From positions 1 to 37,487 of the IMG/VR virus record IMGVR_UViG_3300043119_000179: a stretch of 37,487 bases of DNA. One strand, written 5' to 3'. The notes under the pieces were generated by a model that made no database searches, was not told the DNA's origin, and was given only the letters and a program-made list of their open reading frames with translations. Shown here piece after piece: positions 7,903 to 17,000 of the stretch. Within the stretch, counting starts at the first letter, position 1, and each line of letters starts with the position of its first letter. This DNA comes from a virus (taxonomy: Duplodnaviria > Caudoviricetes). Position numbers and translations under genes: made by a program.

Positions 7903-8808
7903 ATGAGCAACATGATCGCAAACGTCCCAGCGCACATCGCAGCGCGTATCGCAGCCCGCCAACAAGCTGGCACCAAGTCCTCCGTGGCATCTGCCATCGT
8001 CTCTGACGGCGTGAGCATCCCACGCATCAGCATCCGTGCTGGCCGCTATCGCCTGAACGAAGAGGGCGTCGAGACCACCGTGGGCGTGACACTGGACACC
8101 ATCATCGTGGGTGCCAACCCTCGCGTCTCCAAAGTGTTCTACGGCAAAGCCTTCGACGCATCCGCTGAGAACGTCCGCCCTGACTGCTGGTCCAACGATG
8201 GCCTGAAGGCTGACGCAAGCATTGACGCTCCTGTGCACAGCGCCTGCGCTGACTGCCCCAACAACGTGCTGGGCTCCAAGATTCTGCCGTCCGGTGCCAA
8301 GTCCAAGCTGTGCGCTGACCAGCGTCACCTCGCTGTTGTGGCTGCTGCTGACCCCACAAAGGTCTACAGCCTGACTGTGCCTGTAAGCGGTATGAAAGCT
8401 CTGCGTGAGTATTTCAAAGAGCTGGGCAACTACGGCATTGGCCCTGAAGAAGTTGTGACTGAGTTGGGCTTCGACGACGCCGCCAGCTTCCCAAAGATCA
8501 CCTTCAAGCAGAAGGGGTATGTGCCAGAGAAAGCCATCACTCGTGTGGATGACCTGTTGGCAAGCGACTCTGTGAAAGTGGCGACTCGCCAGATGGCTCC
8601 AACAGCCGCTGGCCCAGCATTGGCTGCGCCCAAGGCACAGACCGCCATTGCAGCTCCTGCCGCACCCGCTGTGGATGATGCGTATGAAGAAGAGGCTGCA
8701 GCTCCAGCACCTGTTGTTTCCGCACAACCCAAGACCAAACCGACAGTTGCCCCAGTAAAAGCCTCGGATGAATTGGCTGCCAAGCTCGACAGCCTGTTTG
8801 ACGAGTAA
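7903..8808 (+). CDS. Putative single-stranded DNA-binding/annealing protein with Zn-binding cysteines
   Basis: AAGGAG SD; C...CADC...C; Ala/Pro linker and acidic-aromatic tail LDSLFDE; replication context. Confidence 0.65.
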   Translation: MSNMIANVPAHIAARIAARQQAGTKSSVASAIVSDGVSIPRISIRAGRYRLNEEGVETTVGVTLDTIIVGANPRVSKVFYGKAFDASAENVRPDCWSNDGLKADASIDAPVHSACADCPNNVLGSKILPSGAKSKLCADQRHLAVVAAADPTKVYSLTVPVSGMKALREYFKELGNYGIGPEEVVTELGFDDAASFPKITFKQKGYVPEKAITRVDDLLASDSVKVATRQMAPTAAGPALAAPKAQTAIAAPAAPAVDDAYEEEAAAPAPVVSAQPKTKPTVAPVKASDELAAKLDSLFDE

Positions 8809-8814
8809 TAGAAT
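8786..8814 (+). promoter_or_regulatory. Candidate sigma70 promoter TCGACA-N17-TAGAAT
   Basis: Both hexamers match consensus at 5 of 6 positions with 17-bp spacing, upstream of the primase. Confidence 0.5.
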
Positions 8815-8832
8815 CACTGCTCGTTAAGGGCT

Positions 8833-8855
8833 CCCCGGCTTAGGCCGGGGTTTTT
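8833..8855 (+). terminator. Rho-independent terminator-like hairpin
   Basis: CCCCGGC-ttag-GCCGGGG followed by TTTTT. Confidence 0.8.
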
Positions 8856-8871
8856 CATCTAGGGGCACATT

Positions 8872-11838
8872 TTGGACACCAAACACTTTCTTACTCGCGT
8901 TTTTGCCCAGCTCGACGAACTCGTCATCTGCACCCACAAGCCTGACAGATCAGGCCAAAATCCACGTGGGATATTTTGGAACAGAGGTTCGTTCGCCGAC
9001 ATCGACGACGCGGTCGCATCAATCATTGACTGGGACTCAGAGCCCAACACCACCGTCTACTTCGGCGTTGGTTCATTTGCCGGACACGGCTACACAGACG
9101 ACAACAACAAACAAAAGTGGCATCGCAAGCAAGAGCATGCACAGTGGTTCAAGGCACTGGCTCTTGACCTCGACATCGGTGCAGACAAACCATACCAGAC
9201 ACAGAAAGAAGGCTGGACCGCGATGGTCGCAGCACTCAAAGCGATCGGCATGCCAAAGCCAATGGTCATATCGTCCGGTAACGGCATTCACTGCTACTGG
9301 CCACTTGTTGCCAGCGTGCGCAAAGATCATTGGGTCAAGGCATCCACTGCACTGCGCATCGCGCTAGAGGAGAACGGCGTTGAGATCGACACTTCAAAAA
9401 TCCATGACCCATCCATGGTGCTCCGCCCCGTTGGCACGCACCACAAGAAACAGCAACCATGGAAGGACGTCCGGTGTGTTGCGGACTGCCCAGACTACGA
9501 TGCTGCTGCGCTCTTCACAACGCTCAAGCCGTGGTTCGGCAAGAGTGCCAAACTATCATCCAACGCGCTCACACCGCGTGCAGGCAAGCCAAAGTCCTCG
9601 ATACTTGCTGCCGTACTCAACTCCAACGATGTCATCCTTGACGCAGTGGCCTCCAGATGCAATCAAGTCAGAGCCCTTGTTGACTCTGGTGGATGCCTTG
9701 ATGCTGCTGGTCGTGATGTACCTGAGCCTCTATGGCGTGCTTCACTTGGTCTGGCCAAGCATTGCACCGATGTAAGTGAAGCGGTCATCAAGATCGCTGG
9801 CAAGCACAAGGACTTTGATCTCAACAGCAGTCTCGACAAGATCAACGGTTGGAATGGTACAGGGCCAACCACGTGCGCCAAGTTCGAGCAGCTGTGCGCC
9901 AAGGGCTGCGAAGGGTGCCCGAGCCGTGGAAAGATCACAAGCCCTGCCCAGTTGTCCGTGGCGACCGAGGTGGCTGTCGAGAATGACGAAGGCGAAGAGA
10001 TTGTGTTCACCATGCCCAAGGGCTATGTTGTGCAGAACGGGCAGATTTACCGCGAAGTCAAGACAGAGATTTCATCGACCGATGCCAACGGCAACGAGGT
10101 GGCGCAAGAAGTGATTGAGTTCGACCACATCAGCCCATACGAGATGCACATCACTGGTGTGTACAACGACGACGAGAGTGGCAAGTCAGCGTTCAAGCTG
10201 ATGGTCAAGTACCCCATGACGGGCTGGAAAGAAAAGCCCCACGAGATGACGGTGCTGGCATCGCTCGGCAAAGACTTCAGCTCCTTTTTGCTGAACCGCC
10301 AGATTTACGTGAAGAACATTGGCCAACAAGAAAAAGTGCGGGGATTCCTGATGGATTACTTAACAATGGTGCAGCAGCAGGCACCGACTGGACAGGACTA
10401 CGTGAGCTTCGGCTGGCAGAAGGATGGCTCATTCATGTGTGGCCCGACACTGCTTGGTGCAGAGCATGACGGCATTGACACACGACTGCGCGGTCCAGCC
10501 AAGTCGTTTGAGAACTTGATCGGTGCACACGGTTCCCGCGACGAGTGGGTTCGCGGCATGGACATGCTCAACCGCCCGGGTTCTGAAACGATACGCTCTG
10601 CTGTGTTGCTGGCGCTGACTGGCATCCTCGGACCTGTGGCTGGCAATGGCACACTTGTGGTGTCCATCTACTCAACAGAAACGACCACGGGCAAGACCCT
10701 GTCACTGATCGCCGCCAACAGTCTCATTGGCATGCCAAAGCAGCTGTTCCTAAGCCAGAAAGACACGGCCAATGCCCTGTACAAGCAGCGTGGTGTGCTC
10801 AACAGCCTGCCATGCTGCATCGACGAGATGACTGCAGCAGATGACAAAGACATCGCTGACATGACGTACCAGCTGAGCATGGGCCGCGAGAAGGTGTCCA
10901 TGACCAAAGACCGCGACCTGCGTGACCCAGCCACGTGGGATGGGCCAACGCTGATGACGACCAACATCTCGATCTGGCAGAAGTTCGAGGGTGCACAGGC
11001 TGGCAACGAGCCGCTCAAAGCCCGTTGCTTGGAGTTGCCACAACATGACCGTACGTTCATTGAGACCCGCGAGGACGGCAAGAGCGATGGCTACGAGTTC
11101 TTCGACATCATGGCCAAGAACAACGGCTGGGCATTCCCTGAGCTGGTGCAGGTGGTGATCGACAAGGGCGGTCCAGAGGCTGTGTGGAAGTGGGCCGAGG
11201 CATCATTCGCCAAGACGTTCAACTTCATGTTCGAGCCACAGGAGCGCTTCTACCGTACAGCCATCATCTCTGCGTGGGGTATGGGGCGTATTGGTCAAGC
11301 CTTGGGCCTGTTCCCGTTCGATGTGCAGGGCACTATTGACCACCTGATCACGCACATCAAGAAGACACGCCAGTTCACCATTGACCACAAGACCGATGTG
11401 TTCGACATCGTGGGCCAGTTCCTTGCAGAGCACAACGACCAGATCGTTGAGTGCAAAGAGAAATACGGCTCAGGGGTTGAGCAGGTCACGATGCCAGCAC
11501 CAGAGCGTGCAGTGGCCCGGGTCAAGATCGTCTATGACGACAAGAACCCCATCATGCCGGGGAGCCAAGTGGCGATCAACGCTGAGAAGCTGCGCTCATG
11601 GCTCAAGATCAAGCGTGATGGCTTGGACCGCATCGAGCGGGAGCTGGAAGCTGAGAACGCACTGCTGCGCCGCCGTGACCGCGTTACGATGTTCAAGGGC
11701 TGCCCAAAGCACGCCCCGGGCCAGATGCAGTGCATGATCGTGAATCTGAACCACCCACGCTTTGTTGACAGCCTGACGGGCACAACAGCCCGTGCACAGA
11801 GTAAGATCACCCTCGCAGTATTAGGAGCAGTTGCATGA
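8872..11838 (+). CDS. Primase-helicase (AEP/RepB-like primase, Cys cluster, DUF927 plus P-loop NTPase)
   Basis: LDLD, SSGNGIHCYW and VLRPVGT primase motifs; TC...C.GC cluster; FGWQ, TTTGKT and CIDE. TTG start after AGGGG. Confidence 0.88.
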   Translation: MDTKHFLTRVFAQLDELVICTHKPDRSGQNPRGIFWNRGSFADIDDAVASIIDWDSEPNTTVYFGVGSFAGHGYTDDNNKQKWHRKQEHAQWFKALALDLDIGADKPYQTQKEGWTAMVAALKAIGMPKPMVISSGNGIHCYWPLVASVRKDHWVKASTALRIALEENGVEIDTSKIHDPSMVLRPVGTHHKKQQPWKDVRCVADCPDYDAAALFTTLKPWFGKSAKLSSNALTPRAGKPKSSILAAVLNSNDVILDAVASRCNQVRALVDSGGCLDAAGRDVPEPLWRASLGLAKHCTDVSEAVIKIAGKHKDFDLNSSLDKINGWNGTGPTTCAKFEQLCAKGCEGCPSRGKITSPAQLSVATEVAVENDEGEEIVFTMPKGYVVQNGQIYREVKTEISSTDANGNEVAQEVIEFDHISPYEMHITGVYNDDESGKSAFKLMVKYPMTGWKEKPHEMTVLASLGKDFSSFLLNRQIYVKNIGQQEKVRGFLMDYLTMVQQQAPTGQDYVSFGWQKDGSFMCGPTLLGAEHDGIDTRLRGPAKSFENLIGAHGSRDEWVRGMDMLNRPGSETIRSAVLLALTGILGPVAGNGTLVVSIYSTETTTGKTLSLIAANSLIGMPKQLFLSQKDTANALYKQRGVLNSLPCCIDEMTAADDKDIADMTYQLSMGREKVSMTKDRDLRDPATWDGPTLMTTNISIWQKFEGAQAGNEPLKARCLELPQHDRTFIETREDGKSDGYEFFDIMAKNNGWAFPELVQVVIDKGGPEAVWKWAEASFAKTFNFMFEPQERFYRTAIISAWGMGRIGQALGLFPFDVQGTIDHLITHIKKTRQFTIDHKTDVFDIVGQFLAEHNDQIVECKEKYGSGVEQVTMPAPERAVARVKIVYDDKNPIMPGSQVAINAEKLRSWLKIKRDGLDRIERELEAENALLRRRDRVTMFKGCPKHAPGQMQCMIVNLNHPRFVDSLTGTTARAQSKITLAVLGAVA

Positions 11839-11999
11839 AGTACGATGCAGACATCGCGCAGGGCATAGTCGACGAAGTAATCGAACTGTTGCATAAATAC
11901 GACGAGTCTGTGTTGCTGCCAACTGTGCTTGGGTGCCTTGATATTGTAAAAGCGCAGCTGTTGCAAGAACACATGGAAGAGGATGACGATGAGTATTGA
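11835..11999 (+). CDS. 54-aa acidic hypothetical protein (MKYDADIAQG...EEDDDEY)
   Basis: Translated by hand. AGGAG SD and ATGA coupling to the primase stop. Confidence 0.7.
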   Translation: MKYDADIAQGIVDEVIELLHKYDESVLLPTVLGCLDIVKAQLLQEHMEEDDDEY

Positions 12000-12414
12000 T
12001 TCGATCGAGTTGTGGCACCGTAGGGGTCGGCCTGACCCCACTGCCCGGGAACTGGACATTCAGCTGGGATGTCACGTGGAAGAGTTTGTGGAGATGCTGG
12101 ACTGCGTGCAGTTCAACGGTGGGTGGAATAACCTGCGCTACGAACTCAAGCTGCTGGCCGACCGCCTGAAGAGTGGGCAAGAGAATGTCGTAGTCCATGA
12201 CCGCAAAGAGCTGCTGGACTCGTTGGCCGACCAGATCGTTACATCTGTGGGTGTTGGCCACTGCGCTGGCATGAAGATGACCGATGCAGTCGACGCCGTG
12301 AATCGCAGTAACTGGTCAAAGTACAACGAGAACGGCGAGCCTGTGTTCAACGAGCACGGCAAGATTGCCAAAGGATTGCGGTATAAACCGCCATACCTAG
12401 AGGGGCTATACTGA
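11989..12414 (+). CDS. MazG-like nucleotide pyrophosphohydrolase
   Basis: EEFVE, ELLDSLAD, V.RSNWSK and GKIAKG..Y.PP motifs. Alternative start at 11983. Confidence 0.85.
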   Translation: MSIDSIELWHRRGRPDPTARELDIQLGCHVEEFVEMLDCVQFNGGWNNLRYELKLLADRLKSGQENVVVHDRKELLDSLADQIVTSVGVGHCAGMKMTDAVDAVNRSNWSKYNENGEPVFNEHGKIAKGLRYKPPYLEGLY

Positions 12415-12896
12415 TGCGAAAACAAACTCGCGAAAGTTTTTTATCGAAGGTATTGCCAGTGGCAAACGGATGTCATGAGTGGCAAGGAAGCATATTGTCT
12501 TCAGGCTATGGCCAAGTGAAGTGGCACGGTAAAAACGTACTGGCGCATAGACTTTCTGCTTATTTTCATGGACTTCTGCCAACTATTGAGAAGTCTACGG
12601 TAGGAGCACAGTATCAACTTATCTGCCACAAATGTGACAATAAGAAATGCTGTAATCCTGAGCACCTCTATCTTGGTAGCGGCGCGGATAATAGAGCAGA
12701 TGCGATCGCAAGAAACAGAATAGGCGGCGTAGCAGGCTCACTCCACCATGCAGCAAGGCTAACAGAAGCCAAGGTTATAGAGATACGCGAGCTCGCAGAC
12801 AGCGGAGTGGTTGTAGCAGACTTAGCGCGTAAATTTTTGGCTAGTCCTCGCAATATACGTAAAATATTGTCAGGTGCTAGATGGAAACACGTATAA
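12414..12896 (+). CDS. HNH homing endonuclease with C-terminal HTH
   Basis: CHEWQG...GYG...AHR...ICHKCDNKKCCNPEHL..G...DN..D and LTEAKVIEIR. AT-richer than its neighbours. Confidence 0.9.
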   Translation: MRKQTRESFLSKVLPVANGCHEWQGSILSSGYGQVKWHGKNVLAHRLSAYFHGLLPTIEKSTVGAQYQLICHKCDNKKCCNPEHLYLGSGADNRADAIARNRIGGVAGSLHHAARLTEAKVIEIRELADSGVVVADLARKFLASPRNIRKILSGARWKHV

Positions 12897-12916
12897 ATTT
12901 TTACTGAGGATTATGT

Positions 12917-13168
12917 ATGCCACGTAATTACCGTGCTGAATATGATAAGTATCAGGGCCGACCAGAGCAAATTGCCAACCGTGCAAAGCGCAACGCTGCC
13001 CGCTCTGAGATGGAGAAGAAGGGTGTGGTGTCCAAGGGTGACGGCAAGGACGTCGACCACAAGACGCCCATCGTCAAAGGCGGCGGCAACGGATCAGGCA
13101 ACCTGCGTGCAGTGCCCAAGTCCGCTAACCGCTCCTTTGCGCGTACCCGCAACGCGGGGATGAAGTAA
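12917..13168 (+). CDS. Small HNH endonuclease-like protein
   Basis: DVDHKTPIVKGG...NLR...ANRS motif; GAGG SD. Confidence 0.8.
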   Translation: MPRNYRAEYDKYQGRPEQIANRAKRNAARSEMEKKGVVSKGDGKDVDHKTPIVKGGGNGSGNLRAVPKSANRSFARTRNAGMK

Positions 13169-13324
13169 TTACTTCTTGGCCTTGGGCTTTACGCCCTTGG
13201 CCTTCTGGTCTTCACGAACGAACTTCGTGGCAACCTTCTTACTGACACCTACCTTCTTTGCAAAGGCAGGGTCGTGCATAGCGCCTCGCATCAAGTTGGC
13301 CTGAGCCTTTGATTTGAACGGCAT
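13169..13324 (-). CDS. 51-aa Lys-rich microprotein (MPFKSKAQANLMRGAMHDPAFAKKVGV...AKK)
   Basis: Translated by hand. TAATG-coupled to the upstream gene. Confidence 0.8.
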   Translation of the reverse strand: MPFKSKAQANLMRGAMHDPAFAKKVGVSKKVATKFVREDQKAKGVKPKAKK

Positions 13325-13476
13325 TACTTCTTCTTGGCAGTATTTGCGGACTGCACAAAGTCAGCTTTGGTAGGAGCACCCTTGCTGCCTACCTTGCGCA
13401 TCTTTTCGCCAGAGCCTTCAGCGATACGCTTTTGCTTGGCGTTGATGTTGGCGTAAAGTCCGGGCTTGGTAGCCAT
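13324..13476 (-). CDS. 50-aa Lys-rich microprotein (MATKPGLYANINAKQKRIAEGSGEKMRK...AKKK)
   Basis: Translated by hand. Tightly packed between neighbours; resembles a small basic protein family of aquatic podoviruses. Confidence 0.82.
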   Translation of the reverse strand: MATKPGLYANINAKQKRIAEGSGEKMRKVGSKGAPTKADFVQSANTAKKK

Positions 13477-13477
13477 G

Positions 13478-13576
13478 TTACTTCGCCTTAGCCTTCATGG
13501 CGCAAGCGCCCATCTTGGCACACTTGGCGGGGGTAGGGCAGCCCTTGCAGGGCTTGAACATGATCGTCTTTTTCAT
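13478..13576 (-). CDS. 32-aa Lys/Cys-rich microprotein (MKKTIMFKPCKGCPTPAKCAKMGACAMKAKAK)
   Basis: Translated by hand. GAGG SD; four Cys. Confidence 0.7.
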   Translation of the reverse strand: MKKTIMFKPCKGCPTPAKCAKMGACAMKAKAK

Positions 13577-13583
13577 GTTGGCC

Positions 13584-13730
13584 TCACTTCATTTTCGAGG
13601 TGGACTTTTTCCCCTCGTATTTCTTTTCCATGGCAGCGTAGGCTTTGGCGCTACCAGCCATCTTCTTCTCTTTGGCTTCCATCTTCTTGGATTCGCCTTT
13701 GCCGAACGGGTTCATCTTCTTGGTTGCCAT
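13584..13730 (-). CDS. 48-aa Lys-rich microprotein (MATKKMNPFGKGESKKMEAKEKK...)
   Basis: Translated by hand. AAGGAG SD. Confidence 0.78.
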   Translation of the reverse strand: MATKKMNPFGKGESKKMEAKEKKMAGSAKAYAAMEKKYEGKKSTSKMK

Positions 13731-13750
13731 GATGGGCTCCTTGGTTAAAA

Positions 13751-14014
13751 CTACCACTTTACCTTATCTGCCCAGTATGCAGCAGACATTTTGCCTTTGG
13801 CGATGTTGCCCGCGTGGCGAGCTTTGAACGCCTCGTTGCGCTTAGAGCCGTCTGGCGACCCCTGCACACCTTGCTGGCCAAAACGGATTGTCTTGACCTG
13901 CTCACCGGATTTTGCCACGACTACGTGGCTTTTGGTAGGGTGGCTAGGGGTTGCCTTGGGCTTGTTGTAGCCCGACACGCCTGCGCGTGTCAGCCGAGAA
14001 TCTTTGGTTGCCAT
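13751..14014 (-). CDS. Basic hypothetical protein (IRFGQQG...FKARH...SAAYWA)
   Basis: GAGGAG SD; TGATG coupling to the stop of the giant gene. Confidence 0.82.
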   Translation of the reverse strand: MATKDSRLTRAGVSGYNKPKATPSHPTKSHVVVAKSGEQVKTIRFGQQGVQGSPDGSKRNEAFKARHAGNIAKGKMSAAYWADKVKW

Positions 14015-17000
14015 CACTCTTCTCCTCTGGCTTTCGCCAATGCTTCTTGCATACGATCTCGCAAGCTGTCGAGTTCTTTGTCCAGTGCTTCGTAGTCAGG
14101 GTACCCTTTGCGGTACTCCGCACGCTTGGCCTTGGTCATTGCAGCCTTGTAGTCCTTCTTGATGTCCTTGACTTCCTTGTTCTGGTAGAACGCAGCCTCG
14201 TCGATGTTGAACTGGTACAAGCCAAGGCCACCCAGTGTGCGAGCCAAGAACATGGAACTCTTCTCGACACCTGTCGGCCCCATTGCGCCGTCTTTAAGAT
14301 CACCGATCTGCTTCCAGAACTTGGTTGTCACAACTGGCGGTGCCATTGTGTCATATGCAGCCTTGCCTGTCGTGACAAGTTTATCCCACTCTGTATCTGT
14401 GGGGGCGTGCATTGGCTTGCCTGTAAAGGGATCGTATCCGTTCATGGCGGAGATTAGCGTAACTAGCGGACCACCGGGGGTAACAAAACCGGGCAACCAC
14501 GACTGACCAGCAAGCGGGGACTCACCCGGCGCAGGCTGGAACAGCGACAGGAATGGCAGGTATTTGCCGACGTTGAGGTACGTTGGGTTTTGGTCGTCGC
14601 CAACAAACGGGATACGCATGTGCATGTATGGGCCGAGGCCGAACAGCGAACGCTCACGCAGGTAGTCTGGCCCTTTCTTGCGCAGCTCATCATCTTCTTC
14701 CCCACCCAGCGCGGCTTGCATAAGCATCACCGATGCCATCATGTTAACAATGGCCCAAGGCTTAGTAACTGCGATGCGACCGAGCACTGGCATGATGGCG
14801 TACGACCACGATACGAACGGCAGGAATGTCTGACGAGCGGCGCGGATTGCACGTGCGTCGATGTCATAGTCCAAGAACATTTTGCGCGAGGCCAGACCGA
14901 CTTCTTCAAGCTGTTTGGCGTCGAGTTGTTTGGTGCCGTCGCGTAACTGGATGTTGCCAGCAGTCTCCAAGAACGCGGCGAAGCGGAACACGTTGTCCTC
15001 AGCTGCGTAGACTTCAGTAGCGTTGTCCTTCCAACCTTTGAGTGTGGCTTTAGTCTGCTCAAACTTTGCCATCGAAGTCATGCGTGTGATGTAGGACTGA
15101 TCGCTGGCAGGGGTGATGGACTTGGACAAACGATCGTAGACACTTCCCTTGAGTTCAGAGTTCGTGAACTGGCCGAGCACAGCGCCGGAGTTGAAGAACG
15201 CCTGCATCAGTGCGCGATCAGCGTCGCTCATGGAGTCTGGATTGCGCTCAAAGTTGGCATACATACCTGCAGCACGTTTGAGTGTGCCAAGGCGAATACC
15301 ATGGAGAATCAGCAAAGCGACGTTTGACAGCACGTTGGTGACGTGAGTGCCGGGGTTCAACACAGTTTTGGACTGCTTGAAGAACGCCATCAGTTCGTTG
15401 AACGACTTAAAGTTAATCGCTGGTGTGCGATCGTGCATGTCGATCATGGAGTTCCACACTGGGCCGGGGATGATCTTCCCAGCAAGAGCTCCGTAGGTTG
15501 TGCCCTTTGGCAGCTGCACCCATGTGCCAGTGCGCTGTGTCTGCCAGCGCAACGACTGCGACTTGGAAGCCTCGTCGGAAACCTGCAACACGTTGTTAAG
15601 CTCGATCTTGCGATCGCCAAATACTTCGTTGATTTCGTCAACGCTATCGAACGCAACTGCTTCAGCCGTAGGCTTGCCGTCTTCGCGGCCAATCGAAGCG
15701 AGGTTGCCGAAGTACATTGTAGCAGCATGCGCGTGAGACAGTGCAGCCGTGGTGTTGACCAAAGCCAGTGCGAGGTCTTCGCTCTTCAGGTCTTTCAGCG
15801 CGTCACGGGTAGTGATGCTGGACGAGAACTCGAAGTTGCCCTTGTCGGTGTCGTACTTGGAAAACTTCCAAACGCGCTTGGCGTCAACCGCTGTACCAGA
15901 AGGTGTCACGCCAGTCTTGTCGTACTGAGCCTTAGAAATAAACCCAGCAGGCAAACCCTTCTTGCCAAGTTTGTCTTCAAATATCTGGTACAGCGGCTGA
16001 TCTTGATCGACGATGCCGTCTGTCATGTCGAGGAACTGCTTGAACTCGTCAAGCGACTGGTGTGTCTGCTTCTTCGTGCCGATCATGCTGGCGATCTTGC
16101 CGGCGCTGAGCGTAGAGCCTGCGACCTGACTGATGCTGGTGGGGCTGATGATGTACTGCGTGAACGGCATGCTCTCGAAAGCGCGGCGCTCCTTAGAGTT
16201 TGCAGGCAGGGTGCTGATGTACTGCTTCATCAAGCCTTTGAGGTTGTCGGCGATAGCCTTGAACCCGGAAGCGTTCTGGATACCAGCAAACGCTTTGGTA
16301 TTGCCATCCATATAGTCCAAGAAGGGCTCACGCAGCTCAGGGCGGGCAGCGATAGTGGTTGCAATTTTCTCCATCTGCAAGTGACCAGTTTGGGCCAGAA
16401 ACTTGTAGTTGTCGATCGCTGCCACTGTGGCTGGAGAGTTGCTGAAGTTCGAGTTGAACTGCATGATGACGCGCTCAAGCGTCGGTACTTCCTTGCGGAT
16501 GTAGTTAGCCAGCTTTGCACCGTTCTTTGCAATGCTTGCTGTGAGAGGCAGGTCTTGGCCATTAACGCGACCAAGCCCGACGAGCTCGAACACAAGCTGT
16601 GTGGGTGTCTTAAACTTACCGGGGCCGTTAGCAAATGCAGTAGCGTCAGCAAAGCCGACCTGCTGCGCAGCAGCGTCGATCGTAGGCGCAGTCGTTGGGT
16701 CGGCAGACTGGATAGCAGCTTCAAGGATATTGCCAGACGCGGGGTCGAATGCGCCATTGTTGCCAATAGCAGATTTGGCTTGGCTGGGGTTTTTGATGGC
16801 ATACACAGGTCTAGCAATTATGCCGTCAGCATTAGCGCCATCTGTACGCTCAATCTTTAGGTACACTGGATAAACTACTGGCGAACCACCATCGCGACCA
16901 CGGACTTTTTCTGCGAGGTCTTCTTGCGCAAATGTATTTGCGAGTGTTTTGTCGGACGTAAAGTATGCACCTTCTCCAAAAGCATTAAGTCCCGGAGTTT

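Noticed and set aside
12867-12897. TTGTCA-N19-TATAAA promoter before the small HNH
   Set aside because: The spacing is suboptimal and the region is AT-rich, so a chance match is likely.
13162-13175. 14-bp perfect palindrome GAAGTAATTACTTC at the convergence of the two arms
   Set aside because: It is explained by two abutting genes that both end in G-AAG-TAA. It has no loop or U-tract, so it is not called a terminator.
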